Shown piece after piece: positions 9,503-19,566 of a stretch of 64,000 nt of DNA; within the stretch, counting starts at the first letter, position 1; each line of letters starts with the position of its first letter. Under the pieces are notes generated by a model. That model was given only the letters and a program-made list of their open reading frames with translations, made no database searches and was not told where the DNA came from. Where the stretch lies: assembly GCA_964291235.2 (NCBI GenBank), contig OZ219815.1, forward strand, positions 384,001 to 448,000, written 5' to 3'. Position numbers and translations under genes: made by a program. Origin of the DNA: Vicinamibacteria bacterium. GTDB lineage: Bacteria; Acidobacteriota; Vicinamibacteria; Marinacidobacterales; Marinacidobacteraceae.

Positions 9503-10885
9503 GTGCCTGCCTCAAGATCACTGTTCTCCCGTGTGACGATCGTGCTCGCCGCCCTCCTGGCGACCGTGTGCGGTGCCCACGACGCCGTCAGCCAGAGCAC
9601 GCACATCCTCGTGACGGGACGGCGACTGCCGTACTTGTACGCAGTCTCTCTCGATGACGCCGTCGATCCGGCGAACAACAACACACCGAATGCGATCGTC
9701 AGTCGCTCCAAGGTGGCGCTCGACCGACTGGACGGTCAGCTACTCGGTGATCCGGCCAATCTGGTCGTGAGCGAGGACGGTGGCACGGTGTATGTGGTCA
9801 ATCACCACGGCGCCATCGACAACGTGGAGTTCCGACAACACGGCGGCCGCGGACTGATCGCGATCCTGGACGTGGACGATGTCCTCGATCCAGCGAACGA
9901 CACGACGGCCAACGCCCTCCGGCAGCACCTGGACTCCGGCTCGTTCGGAGCGCTCGGCGTACTCCTGCTGCCGGACATGCTCATCGTTTCCAACGCCGAG
10001 AATCACCTGACCGAGGACGGCGGCAATCGCATCACGTTCATTGATCGACGGACGGGAAGTCTGCGTGGGACGGTGGAGTTGGCGCTCGGCTCGCCCGGGT
10101 TCGCCTGCGCGGAGTACCCGGTCCCCTACGTCTCCCCGTACGGGCCGCCCAGGAATCTGGCCGTACTTGCTCCCGGGCCCGGCCTGGGTTGTTTCCCCAA
10201 TCCGAACGGGTTGGCGCTGGGTCGCTCCAGCGATGGCAGCGCGTTCGTGTTCTCCGCCAATGGCGGCACGAACGATGTGTCGGTGATTTCTCTCGCCCGC
10301 GCGCTCGAAGGGGATCGGCTGGCGGAGATCGGCCGGGTCCCGACGCAGGTCGGCCCCTGGGGCATCACGGCTACCCCCGACGGGCGCCACATCATCGTCG
10401 CCAACGGAGGAAGCCAGCGGGAGCGCCTGTCAGGAAACACGATTTCGATCATCGATGTCGATCGGGCGAGCGCCGGCGACCCAGACGCCGAAGTCGCGCG
10501 CGTCCTGGTGGGAACAGATGATCCCCAGCAACAGACACATCCGCTCATTCTGTCCGTCACCCCGGACGGGAGGGAGGTGATCGTCCCGAATGTACGCGCG
10601 GACAACGTGTCGATCGTGAACCTCGATCTGGCGCTGGCCGGCGATCCGGGCGCCGAGGTCGCGCGCATTCCACTGGCCAGGGCGGATGGACGATCCGCCC
10701 GCCCGAAGGGCTCGGCGGTCACTTCCGACGGCCGCTACGCGGTGATCAGCGGGGGGTCAGCGGTGGAGCCGTTCTCCGAGGAGCACGGTCATGTCTATAT
10801 GATCGATCTTCGATCGCGCCGCGTCGTGGGCACGGTGACCGGAGTAGGAAACGATCCGTACAACCTGGCCCTCGTGACGAGGTAG
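9503..10885 (+). CDS. Secreted YVTN/YncE-type beta-propeller protein
   Basis: Repeated blades (VYVVN, FSANGGTNDVSVI, TPDGR...ANGG, NVSIVNL). Start inferred at GTG 9503, ahead of a signal peptide. Confidence 0.7.
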   Translation: MPASRSLFSRVTIVLAALLATVCGAHDAVSQSTHILVTGRRLPYLYAVSLDDAVDPANNNTPNAIVSRSKVALDRLDGQLLGDPANLVVSEDGGTVYVVNHHGAIDNVEFRQHGGRGLIAILDVDDVLDPANDTTANALRQHLDSGSFGALGVLLLPDMLIVSNAENHLTEDGGNRITFIDRRTGSLRGTVELALGSPGFACAEYPVPYVSPYGPPRNLAVLAPGPGLGCFPNPNGLALGRSSDGSAFVFSANGGTNDVSVISLARALEGDRLAEIGRVPTQVGPWGITATPDGRHIIVANGGSQRERLSGNTISIIDVDRASAGDPDAEVARVLVGTDDPQQQTHPLILSVTPDGREVIVPNVRADNVSIVNLDLALAGDPGAEVARIPLARADGRSARPKGSAVTSDGRYAVISGGSAVEPFSEEHGHVYMIDLRSRRVVGTVTGVGNDPYNLALVTR

Positions 10886-10900
10886 CCCCCGCCCCTTCTG

Positions 10901-11115
10901 GGAGCGCCAGCCTCCGGCTGGCATCGCCGAGCAAAGCGAGGCGAAACTCCCAGACTCAATCAGCCCCGACAACGCCAACGCAAACGATGACGGCGCGGCG
11001 CGGTACGAGCGCGGGAGTGGCGCCGCGTCACCCTGCTGGGCTGCGGCGCCATCCTGGCAGGCGGACGATGAGAATTTCGCTCCGCGGAGCGATTCCGGCC
11101 AGAGGCCGGCGCTCC
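10901..11115. repeat. REPIN-like pair of inverted REP type 1 elements
   Basis: ggagcgccagcctccggctggcat at 10901 and ccggccagaggccggcgctcc ending at 11115; left part homologous to the 113-bp unit. Confidence 0.75.
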
Positions 11116-11263
11116 TAGCTGGCGCTCCGGCGAGGGGGAGGGAGTAGAACATGTCATCTAAGTCAATGACCCCAGGATGATTCGGTGGGGTGGGAATCGA
11201 ACACTGACCCACGTTTTGCCCCGCGGTCAGTTGAGATTTCGCCGCTGATCCTCGGGCGAGTCC

Positions 11264-12583
11264 TCAGTTCGGCTCGCAGGCTACCCCGTCCCTGTCAGGA
11301 TCAAGAGCATTCCGGTGCTCTGGCCGGATCACGTCTACCGTGACTCCTGCGGCAAAGACCGACCGCACCTGATCGCATCGGAAGTAGCCTAGGAAGCTGC
11401 CTTCAGCCTTCATCTGTTCTACCCACTCGTCAAGGCTCATGTCCTCACCGCGCTCCACGGTCCGATTGGGGCGATCCTCGTTCTCTACGCTCGCATTCGC
11501 TCGCGTAGGGAGCAGCGGCTCCTCATTTAGCTGCTTCGATGTGATCTCGGCAGCCGCGCTTGTGAGATTCAGGAACCGTTCCGCCGAAGTCGGGTGGCTC
11601 CGGGCATAGAGGATGCTGCCGGCCGACTCAATCGCCATTCGTCGCCAGAAGTTTGCGGCCTGCTCTGTGTCGATACCAGCATTCGCCAGCAGGTACAGCC
11701 CCACGTAATCGGCCTCCCGCTCGAAGTCCTGGGAGAAAGCTCTGGCCCCCATTACCGCCCCGAGTTCAGTGGCCGTGCCGTAGGTATTCACTCCGGAGGC
11801 ACCCGCCAGCGCGTCCACGACCGCTCCCAGCAGCAGACCCCCGACCACGTTCCTCTGCATCTTCCCGATGTGGTCTTCGATCGCGTGGGCTAGCTCGTGG
11901 GCAATCACCGTCTGCAACTCCAGATCCGTCTCCGTGAATCGGAGCATGCCCGTTGAGACGTTGAGGGTTTCTCCGTCCGTGAACGCGCCGATTCCCGTGT
12001 CCTCGATCAGAACGACGGAGTAGGAGCAGACGAGAACCGCCTCCATCGGGAATGGAGCAGTCTCGCCTTCCCGCTCCACATGAACGATCACCTGATGATC
12101 GAGGAGTGCCCGATCCCACAGGCGGTCCAGATCTCGCCTGGCTCTCCCAACATCGCGCTCCGTCTGAACGGGAGGGATTTCCTGGTCATCGAGGCTAACC
12201 AGGACATCCCCGACCATGAGACCTGCTCTGTCGGCGGAACTTCCCGGAGTAATGTGAGTAAGGGTGACGCGATCTGATAGGCCGAACACTTCCGCCGCGA
12301 CGGACCGAGCTTCTCTGGGAAAGTCCCACTGAGTGGCAAAGAAGACGCCTATCTGGGGCTTGACCCGGCTACCGCAGAGCGCCGTGTTGGCTTTGAGGAT
12401 CGGATACGCAGCCCCTTGGAGGCGCGTGTGCCGAGTGCTGCTGGTCTCCAAAGCAACGCGCAGCTGCTCGCGCTGCTCGATGGCAATGGCGGCCCGATCG
12501 GCGGCGGTCTGAACGGTACTGGTTCCAGCGCAACCGGCCACGGTGGCCCAGATCAAGGCCGATGCAGCAATTCTGGGTTTCAT
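11264..12583 (-). CDS. M48-family metallopeptidase lipoprotein with PDZ domain and Excalibur-like C-terminus
   Basis: Lipobox VAGC, GSSADRAGL.VGD (PDZ), IAHELAH, EREADY, SHP and LDPDRDGVACE. Confidence 0.85.
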   Translation of the reverse strand: MKPRIAASALIWATVAGCAGTSTVQTAADRAAIAIEQREQLRVALETSSTRHTRLQGAAYPILKANTALCGSRVKPQIGVFFATQWDFPREARSVAAEVFGLSDRVTLTHITPGSSADRAGLMVGDVLVSLDDQEIPPVQTERDVGRARRDLDRLWDRALLDHQVIVHVEREGETAPFPMEAVLVCSYSVVLIEDTGIGAFTDGETLNVSTGMLRFTETDLELQTVIAHELAHAIEDHIGKMQRNVVGGLLLGAVVDALAGASGVNTYGTATELGAVMGARAFSQDFEREADYVGLYLLANAGIDTEQAANFWRRMAIESAGSILYARSHPTSAERFLNLTSAAAEITSKQLNEEPLLPTRANASVENEDRPNRTVERGEDMSLDEWVEQMKAEGSFLGYFRCDQVRSVFAAGVTVDVIRPEHRNALDPDRDGVACEPN

Positions 12584-12863
12584 ATAGATGTGTTCCTTCC
12601 GGAGTTCTCAAGCGCAGTCGTTCTGATCACTACCCCATCCGGGTTCTGTTGACGATTCACGATGGGGATACCCAAGGCCAGGACAAGTAGGTCGCTGGCG
12701 AGTCTCGCAACTCTCCTTTCTTTGGGCAGCGTACCCGAGATTGGCTGCTTGAACCGTCCCTTTCCCAAGATCACACACGCGCCCTCTGGGTGTCACATCG
12801 CCGCCGAACCGGCGGCTCCACTCCGGTGACTTCCCGCCCCCGTGTCCAGGCTCCAACACCGGT

Positions 12864-14147
12864 CTAGTGCCGGTGCCGGTCTCGATGCGCCTCGTGGAGC
12901 AGCCGGTTCGCTTCAATCGCTTCGGACGCCGTTGTACCGCCCGGCAGGCCCGCGGTCGCGCTGCCGATGGCGCGCCAGGTGCCGCAGTCCTCGTCGTTGC
13001 TGAACCCCACATCGCTCGCCGCGATCTCCACCAACTGCCGCCCGCCACCAGACACGAAATCGTTGGCGATGCGGTCATCAGACGTTCCGCCGAATCCGCT
13101 CAGTCGCTCCCAATAGCAACCGTCCCCCGCATCCACTTCATAGACCCCAGGGTCCACCTGTCGGCCGACCAGCCAGATCCCGGGCGGGATCGTTCCCGCA
13201 TCAGGCGGCGACACCGGGCTTTGGTCCCACGTGCCGCAGTCCTCATTCGTACTGAACGCCACGTCAGACGGATCAATGTCCACGATCACTTGAGCGGAGT
13301 CGAACGAGATGAAATCGTTGCTAATGCGGTCATCCGACGTTCCGCCAAGTCCCGATAGTCGCTCCCAATAGCATCCATCTGGCGGGTTTGTGAAGTAGCG
13401 ACCGGACTCCACCTGTCCGACTAGCCAGGTCCCCGGCGGGATCGTTCCCGAAGCAGGCGGCGACACCGGGCTTTGGTCCCACGTGCCGCAGTCCTCATTC
13501 GTACTGAACGCCACGTCAGACGGATCGATGTCCACGATCACCTGAGCGGAGTCGAACGAGATGAAATCGTTGGCAATGCGGTCGTCCGACGTTCCGCCAA
13601 GCCCCGAAAGGCGCTCCCAATAGCATCCATCTCGCGGGTTTGTGAAGTAACGACCAGGCTCGATGTCCGCGCCGACCAGCCAGGTTCCGGCCCCGAACGA
13701 AGTCCGCGACGTGGCCGGTGGTGGTGGCGGCGGCGCTGCCGTTATGCCCGCGACGTGGTCGGACCATGCGCTCGTGATCCGCCCGTCGCCGGTCCCGGAC
13801 GCGGCCCGCACCCGCAGATAGGCGCTCGTGCTGGCGGCCAGGTCCTCGCGGCGGTAGGACAGCTCCCCCTCCGCCCTGGCGATCACCTCGTCCGCATCCG
13901 TGAACTCCTCATTCGTGCTGAACTGCGCGTCGTAGCCGTTTGCCCCCTCGACCGCGTGCCAGGTCCACTCGATGAAGGCCGCGCCGCGCGCGGAGACGTG
14001 AAGGCCGGTCGGGACGCCGGGCGGGTCGGGCGTCGCTGGCGCTGGGGCGGGTGCCGGTGATGCTGGCGTCGTCGTGGGTGAGCTGTCGCCCCCACAACCA
14101 ACGGAGAAGGCCCACAGGCAGGTGGACGCGATCGCGATGCGGTACAT
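12864..14147 (-). CDS. Lipoprotein with FN3-like domain and three ~79-aa GTWLVG/CYWERL repeats
   Basis: Start MYRIAIA, lipobox SVGC, FN3-like PTGLHV...EWTW...Y...YLRVRA, then three GxWLVG...CYWERLSG...CGTW repeats. Confidence 0.75.
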   Translation of the reverse strand: MYRIAIASTCLWAFSVGCGGDSSPTTTPASPAPAPAPATPDPPGVPTGLHVSARGAAFIEWTWHAVEGANGYDAQFSTNEEFTDADEVIARAEGELSYRREDLAASTSAYLRVRAASGTGDGRITSAWSDHVAGITAAPPPPPPATSRTSFGAGTWLVGADIEPGRYFTNPRDGCYWERLSGLGGTSDDRIANDFISFDSAQVIVDIDPSDVAFSTNEDCGTWDQSPVSPPASGTIPPGTWLVGQVESGRYFTNPPDGCYWERLSGLGGTSDDRISNDFISFDSAQVIVDIDPSDVAFSTNEDCGTWDQSPVSPPDAGTIPPGIWLVGRQVDPGVYEVDAGDGCYWERLSGFGGTSDDRIANDFVSGGGRQLVEIAASDVGFSNDEDCGTWRAIGSATAGLPGGTTASEAIEANRLLHEAHRDRHRH

Positions 14148-14317
14148 CGCCAGAGCGTACCGCCCGACGCTTCGAGTTCGGGGGTGGGAAAAACCCCCGG
14201 CCGCTTCGGGCGGGGTGCACGCCACGGAGCGTGCGGCGAGCCGTGACTTCACTACGGGCGGCGGACGCTCCGATCCCTCTGGCCGGGCTGCGCCCTGGAC
14301 CACGAACGGGAAGACGG

Positions 14318-15058
14318 TCAGCAGGGAAACGGCAGGGAGTGGGGGCGGAGAGTCGGTAGCGATCCGCCCCCCAATCCCCCCAATATCTGGGGTAGATCTG
14401 GGGGTACGGGAAGAACCGTTGGCACTCTTGGCGATTCGAGACAGTTTTGTGCTTGCCATCGCGCAACGCGCTGGCGCACCGCCCGCCGCCTCCGCGCGTA
14501 AACCCGGCACTCCGGGCAGCGCTTCGCCTTCCCCGGCGGCAACATCCGATCACACGGTTCCTCGCGGCGCGTCACCACGTCCATCCGCATCCCCGGACAC
14601 CGTTTCGGGCGCGCCCGTCCGCGGCCCGGCGTCCCCATGTCTGCTTCCTGCAGCACCTTCCGCACGTCGCGCACGTCCAACAAGAACCCGGCAGCGATCC
14701 GGTGGGCGGACCACCCCCGCGAGCGGGCCAGCACGATGTCCCGGTCCAGGCCCAGCAGGAGCTTCGCCGGCGTCCACCGGAGCCCTCGGCGTCGCAGGGC
14801 ATCCTGTACCGCGGGCGATGTGTGCCGGCTGATGGTCGTATGGGCGCATCCCAGGCGCCGGGCCGCGTCCCGAATACTCGTCGCCCGCGACAGCGCCGCG
14901 TTGATCCGCGCCACCGAGAACTGGCGCCGGACCCTCCGGGACGGCACCTTGCGGCCGGCCGCCATGGCTCGCGCCCGTAGCTGATCCACCCGCGCGCGCG
15001 TCTGCAACCGGCGCAGCGCTGCCCTGATTGCCGCGAGCTCGCGGGTCACGTTCACCAT
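14318..15058 (-). CDS. Basic protein with two HTH-like motifs and a Cys cluster (putative DNA-binding)
   Basis: SIRDAARRLGCAHTTISRH, GWSAHRIAAGFLLDVRDVRKVL and C...C...CPEC; divergent from the lipoprotein array. Confidence 0.55.
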   Translation of the reverse strand: MVNVTRELAAIRAALRRLQTRARVDQLRARAMAAGRKVPSRRVRRQFSVARINAALSRATSIRDAARRLGCAHTTISRHTSPAVQDALRRRGLRWTPAKLLLGLDRDIVLARSRGWSAHRIAAGFLLDVRDVRKVLQEADMGTPGRGRARPKRCPGMRMDVVTRREEPCDRMLPPGKAKRCPECRVYARRRRAVRQRVARWQAQNCLESPRVPTVLPVPPDLPQILGGLGGGSLPTLRPHSLPFPC

Positions 15059-15234
15059 GCGGAAGGCCTATTCGCTCGACCGCTTGGCTGGTACCAACGT
15101 GCCGCTGCTCGCGACGAGCTGGCGGAACGCAGGGGAGCTGAGGCAGGGCGTCATATAATTGATGTCCTCGGAAGTCATTGACTGTGTTGAGTTTATACGC
15201 TCCGTTTGCCAAATGTAACACGATCGGAACGCGG

Positions 15235-16431
15235 ATGAACAAGGTGGCCAGAGCCCTCGCAGCCCCGTTGCTCGCCGCCGCCTGCGGCACCGGCACCGAC
15301 GGCAAGCCCGTCACGCCGCCCACCACGCCGGAGCCGGTCCCGACCGGGCCTCCGGTTGTCCGGGCGGTCGCGGAGCTGTGGTCGCAGCCGGACAACGACG
15401 GCGGCTACTCCGAGGGCGACCGGATCCGGGTGGTGTTGGAGTTCGATCCGCTGACCACCACCGTGAAGGGCTCGCCCCGGCTCGCCATCGAGATGGGCGA
15501 CCACGTCCGCCTCGCCGACTTCTCCCCCTGGGTCGAGGACGACTGGCCCCCGGAGCGCCCGTCCTTCCTGCAACGCTTCGAGTACCGGGTCGGCTCTCTC
15601 GATGAGGACCAGGACGGCATCAGCATCCCGGCCGACGCGCTCGACTTCTCCGACGGCGCCATTCGGGGCCGGGACGGCGGCGAGATCGAGGTCGCAATCC
15701 GCGCGGTCGATCCGCAGGGGCGGGCAGGCAATCTCGTTCGCCCCGGCGAACCCCTGGACACCCATCGGGTGATCGCTTCGCCGCAGCCGAGGGTCTGCAC
15801 CGACGAGCGGCAGCGCGCTCTGAACTACGGCAACGCAATCCTTCCCCGCGAGTGGGACGGAACCCCCTTCCGGTTTGATCTGTTCGACCACTTCCCGGAA
15901 GCCGCGGGCGCCGACTACCCGAGGAGGCAACTGAGAGTGGTGCAGGAACTCGCGGACCGGATCGAGGACCAGGTCGGATACCCGATCATCGAGGCCGGGA
16001 GCCTGATTCCAGTGCCGGCGCAGCTGCCGGCAGGCTGGAACGTCCCCCCGAGTGGCCGGTCCGGCCCCCGGAACTGCGCCGCGCTGCGCGAGCCGGGCCA
16101 GATCGTCGGGATTGACCTAGCCAGCCTCCCGGACGGGCATGACGGTGGGGGAGCCCTGTCGGCGTCGCCGTGGTGTGCGCTGGTGAGCTACTACGTGGGC
16201 GACGGCCCGCTGGACGGGTACCACCGCTCATGGGCACGCTCGGCCGTCCGCCACGAACTGTTCCACCTGTTCGGCTTCAAGCATCGGGCCGACGAATACC
16301 CGGCGCACATCGGCGTCACCATGTCGCCGGAACTCCTGAACGGCGACCGCGACGGCAAGAACGCGGGGTACATGTACGTCACCTTCGAGGACGTCGACGC
16401 GCTGCGCTGCATCTTCCCCGAGGGCGAATGA
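15235..16431 (+). CDS. Lipoprotein metzincin paralog 1 (Ig-like N-domain)
   Basis: LAAACGTGTDGKPVTPPTTPEP; HELFHLFGFKH with downstream Met; ends LRCIFPEGE. Confidence 0.8.
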   Translation: MNKVARALAAPLLAAACGTGTDGKPVTPPTTPEPVPTGPPVVRAVAELWSQPDNDGGYSEGDRIRVVLEFDPLTTTVKGSPRLAIEMGDHVRLADFSPWVEDDWPPERPSFLQRFEYRVGSLDEDQDGISIPADALDFSDGAIRGRDGGEIEVAIRAVDPQGRAGNLVRPGEPLDTHRVIASPQPRVCTDERQRALNYGNAILPREWDGTPFRFDLFDHFPEAAGADYPRRQLRVVQELADRIEDQVGYPIIEAGSLIPVPAQLPAGWNVPPSGRSGPRNCAALREPGQIVGIDLASLPDGHDGGGALSASPWCALVSYYVGDGPLDGYHRSWARSAVRHELFHLFGFKHRADEYPAHIGVTMSPELLNGDRDGKNAGYMYVTFEDVDALRCIFPEGE

Positions 16432-17456
16432 TGCGCTCCGCCCTGCTCGCGGCCCTGCTGCTCGCCGCCGCCTGCGGCACCGGGACGGACGGCGAGCCCG
16501 TCGCGCCGCCCACCACCCCGGAGCCGCCACCGGAGCCCCCGGGTCGCGTAACCGGCGTGCGGCTGGTGGCGGTCGGTCCGGACTTGATCGAGTGGGCCTG
16601 GGACCCGGTGGAGGGAGCCACCGGCTACGAGGTCGAGGTCTTCCTGGCCTTGACACCCCCCGGCCAGCGAGGCGAGCCCATCATCACCGTCGAGCCAGTG
16701 GTGCGGGCCGAGGGCCTGGAGCCGGGCACGGGATACGAGATTTACGTGCGGGCCGTCCGGGAGACCGCCGGCGGGCGCGCGGTCGGCCCGTGGTCGGCGG
16801 GTTTTGGCATCGTGCAGACGCCGCCAACCGTGCCCCCGGCCTGCACGGACGAGAGGCAGCGGGGGCTGATCCACTCCCCGTGGGTCCGGTGGTGGGACGG
16901 GACGCCGTACCGGGTGGACATCATCAGCAACTTCCCGGAGGTTGCGAGCGCAGCCGACGTGGCCGAGCTTCTCGAACCCATCGCGGCCCTGGACAAGAAG
17001 ATCGAAGAGCAGCTCGGCTACCGGATCGTGGAAATGGGCGAAGTGATCCCGGTTCCAGCAGGGGCGCCGCCGAACTGGAACACGGACGAGCAGGAGTACC
17101 GGCGCACCTGCCCGGTCAAAGCGGAACCGGGCCAGATCGTCGCTTTCTACATGGCCGACGAGAACCACGCGGCGCCGGGCACCTGGGGGCAGGCCAATTC
17201 ATCCTGCGGATCGTTCAGCTACATGCGGCCCATGATGGACAAGTGGCCGTGTTCGGGATGCAACAGAGACGGCCTGACGGTCCACGAGTTGTTTCATGTG
17301 CTCGGCTTCGTGCATGAAACCGACTACGACTTCCTCGAACGCGGTGACGGTGTCCCCATGACCGCGGTGTTGAGCTGGAAGGACGGGCCGGGCGCCTCCA
17401 CGGTCTTGTGGCAGGACATCGACTACCTGCGCTGCATCTTCCCGGAGGGCGGCTGA
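16428..17456 (+). CDS. Lipoprotein metzincin paralog 2 (FN3-like domain)
   Basis: Same lipobox and linker; WAWDPVEGATGY...YVRAVRETAGG; HELFHVLGFVH; ends LRCIFPEGG. Confidence 0.8.
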   Translation: MMRSALLAALLLAAACGTGTDGEPVAPPTTPEPPPEPPGRVTGVRLVAVGPDLIEWAWDPVEGATGYEVEVFLALTPPGQRGEPIITVEPVVRAEGLEPGTGYEIYVRAVRETAGGRAVGPWSAGFGIVQTPPTVPPACTDERQRGLIHSPWVRWWDGTPYRVDIISNFPEVASAADVAELLEPIAALDKKIEEQLGYRIVEMGEVIPVPAGAPPNWNTDEQEYRRTCPVKAEPGQIVAFYMADENHAAPGTWGQANSSCGSFSYMRPMMDKWPCSGCNRDGLTVHELFHVLGFVHETDYDFLERGDGVPMTAVLSWKDGPGASTVLWQDIDYLRCIFPEGG

Positions 17457-18517
17457 TGCGCTCCGCCCGGCTCGCGGCCCTGCTGCTCGCCGCCGCCTGC
17501 GGCACCGGCACCGACGGCAAGCCGGTCACGCCGCCCACCACCCCGGAGCCGGCGCCTGCGCCCGAGGCGCCGCCCGAGCCGCCCGGCCAGCCGACCGGGA
17601 TTCGGGTGGTGGACCAGGGGCAGGACTTCATCGTGTGGGCCTGGGACCCGGTGGACAGCGCCACCGGCTACGAGGCCGGGGTCTTCCCGGCCTTCACGCC
17701 CCCGGGCGAGCGCGGCGAGCCCATCATCACCGTGGAGCCGACCGTCCGGGCGGAGGGCCTGGAGCCGGAAACGGAATACGAGATTTACGTGCGGGCCGTC
17801 CGGGAGACCGCCGGCGAGCGCGCGGTAGGGCCGTGGTCGGCGACCAGCCCCGTCGTGTTTACGCTGGAGCCGCCCGGGGAACCGCGGGTCTGCACGGACG
17901 AGCGGGAACTGGCCCTCGCCTTCCACGGTGGCCCCCTCCCGGTCAGGGAATGGGACGGGACGCCGATCCGCGTGGACATGATCCGCAACTTCCCCGGGTT
18001 GACCGAAACGGACGTTGCCGATCTGCTCGAAGCAGTCGCCCACGTAGCGCGGAAGATCGAAGGCCAACTCGGCTACCGGATCCTGGAAATGGGCGAACTG
18101 ATCCCGGTGCCCGAGGGGATGCAGCCGGGCTGGAACACGGACGCGCCGCGGCACCGGCGCACCTGCCCGCTTCCGCGGAACCCGGGGCAGATCTTGGGCT
18201 TTTGCATGGACGGCACGAACGACAACGCATCATCCGGGGCGGGCGCGCAGGCGAATTCGAGCTGTGGCGACTTCTGCTTCCTGCGGCCGATGTTGGGGGA
18301 TTTGCAGGCAGGGGAGAACCTTGATCGCGTGACTCTGCACGAGATATTCCATCTGCTCGGCTTCGACCATGACCCGACACTTGACCCAGCTACGGTGGAC
18401 CGGGTGGGCGGAGTCATCATGTCCTACACGCTCACCCGCGCAATCGGCCCTGACGCCTCCGTAGTGCAGTGGAACGACATAGACCTGCTGCGCTGCATCT
18501 TCCCCGAGGGCGGCTGA
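17456..18517 (+). CDS. Lipoprotein metzincin paralog 3 (FN3-like domain)
   Basis: TGATG overlap; HEIFHLLGFDH...IMSY; ends LRCIFPEGG. Confidence 0.8.
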   Translation: MRSARLAALLLAAACGTGTDGKPVTPPTTPEPAPAPEAPPEPPGQPTGIRVVDQGQDFIVWAWDPVDSATGYEAGVFPAFTPPGERGEPIITVEPTVRAEGLEPETEYEIYVRAVRETAGERAVGPWSATSPVVFTLEPPGEPRVCTDERELALAFHGGPLPVREWDGTPIRVDMIRNFPGLTETDVADLLEAVAHVARKIEGQLGYRILEMGELIPVPEGMQPGWNTDAPRHRRTCPLPRNPGQILGFCMDGTNDNASSGAGAQANSSCGDFCFLRPMLGDLQAGENLDRVTLHEIFHLLGFDHDPTLDPATVDRVGGVIMSYTLTRAIGPDASVVQWNDIDLLRCIFPEGG

Positions 18518-19566
18518 TGACGCGCTACCTGCTCGCGGCCCTGCTGCTCGCCGCCGCCTGCGGCACCGGGACGGACGGCAAGCCCGTCGCGCCCCCCACC
18601 ACCCCGGAGCCGGCACCGGCGCCCGCGCCGCCCGGCATCCCGATCGTACGGCTCGCGGAGCGCGGCCCGGGCTTCCTCGTGTGGGAATGGGACCCGGTGG
18701 AGGGTGCCACCGGCTATCAGGTGGTGGTGTCGCTCGACGACACTCCGGCGTCTGAACGGCCGCCTGCCGAATTCACCGAGGACACAACCTTCCGGGTCGG
18801 CGGGATCGAAGCCGGTGTCCCAATGCGGATCTATGTCCGAGCGATCCGGGAAACTGCCGGAGGACAAGCGGAAGGGTCGTGGTCGCAATACGTTGTTTCC
18901 TGGACCAACGACGACCTCCGCCCATTGATGGCCTGCACCGACCAGAGGGAGCGCGCCCTGATTTTCCGGAGTGGCGAGCCCCAGGTGGTCCGTGAGTGGC
19001 AACCCGACCGCCCGATCCGCTTCCGGGTCGATGCCGGACCCATCATTGAGGGCGGGCTGCGGATTGTCCGTCCCAACTTTCTCGAAGAGGAAATCCTGGG
19101 GCCGCTCCGCGACATGGCCCGGCGCCTCGAAGAACGCTTGGGCTACCCGGTGATGGACCCTGACGCGCTGCCGGGTGGGAACGACTACACGGTGACGGTC
19201 CGCTGGCGGGACCACGTCTGGAGCCCCGGGTGGGGAGAACCGCAATGTCCCGGGCACGTCGGGAGCCCGTGGAACGCGCAGGCGAGCCCGCCAGCGACAT
19301 TTATGAACCGCTATTTCTTCGACCCGGAGATCACCTGTGGCGGTTATGTCGGTCACCGCGATTCCGAAACCATCATCCACGAGTTGGGGCACGTCTTCGG
19401 AATGGACCACGACCCGCGTGTGGACGAACACACCCCCCCGGGGAGCCTCGCCATGAGCGACCCCCTGACTCGGATCATCGGCGGGGATAGCGATGCGTTC
19501 CTGCTGGTCGAGGACCTGGACAACATCGGGTGCGTGTTCCCGCACCCGGACTTCCCGAGGCAGTGA
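18517..19566 (+). CDS. Lipoprotein metzincin paralog 4 (FN3-like domain)
   Basis: TGATG overlap; HELGHVFGMDH...AMSD; ends IGCVFPHPDFPRQ. Confidence 0.8.
   Translation: MTRYLLAALLLAAACGTGTDGKPVAPPTTPEPAPAPAPPGIPIVRLAERGPGFLVWEWDPVEGATGYQVVVSLDDTPASERPPAEFTEDTTFRVGGIEAGVPMRIYVRAIRETAGGQAEGSWSQYVVSWTNDDLRPLMACTDQRERALIFRSGEPQVVREWQPDRPIRFRVDAGPIIEGGLRIVRPNFLEEEILGPLRDMARRLEERLGYPVMDPDALPGGNDYTVTVRWRDHVWSPGWGEPQCPGHVGSPWNAQASPPATFMNRYFFDPEITCGGYVGHRDSETIIHELGHVFGMDHDPRVDEHTPPGSLAMSDPLTRIIGGDSDAFLLVEDLDNIGCVFPHPDFPRQ

Noticed and set aside
11152-11212. Possible IS21-like end remnant (tgtcatc...atcgaacactgacccac)
   Set aside because: Too degenerate to support without a search.
15145-15200. dif-like Xer site
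   Set aside because: AT-rich but lacks a convincing XerD arm (TTATGTTAAAT-like); more likely a promoter region.
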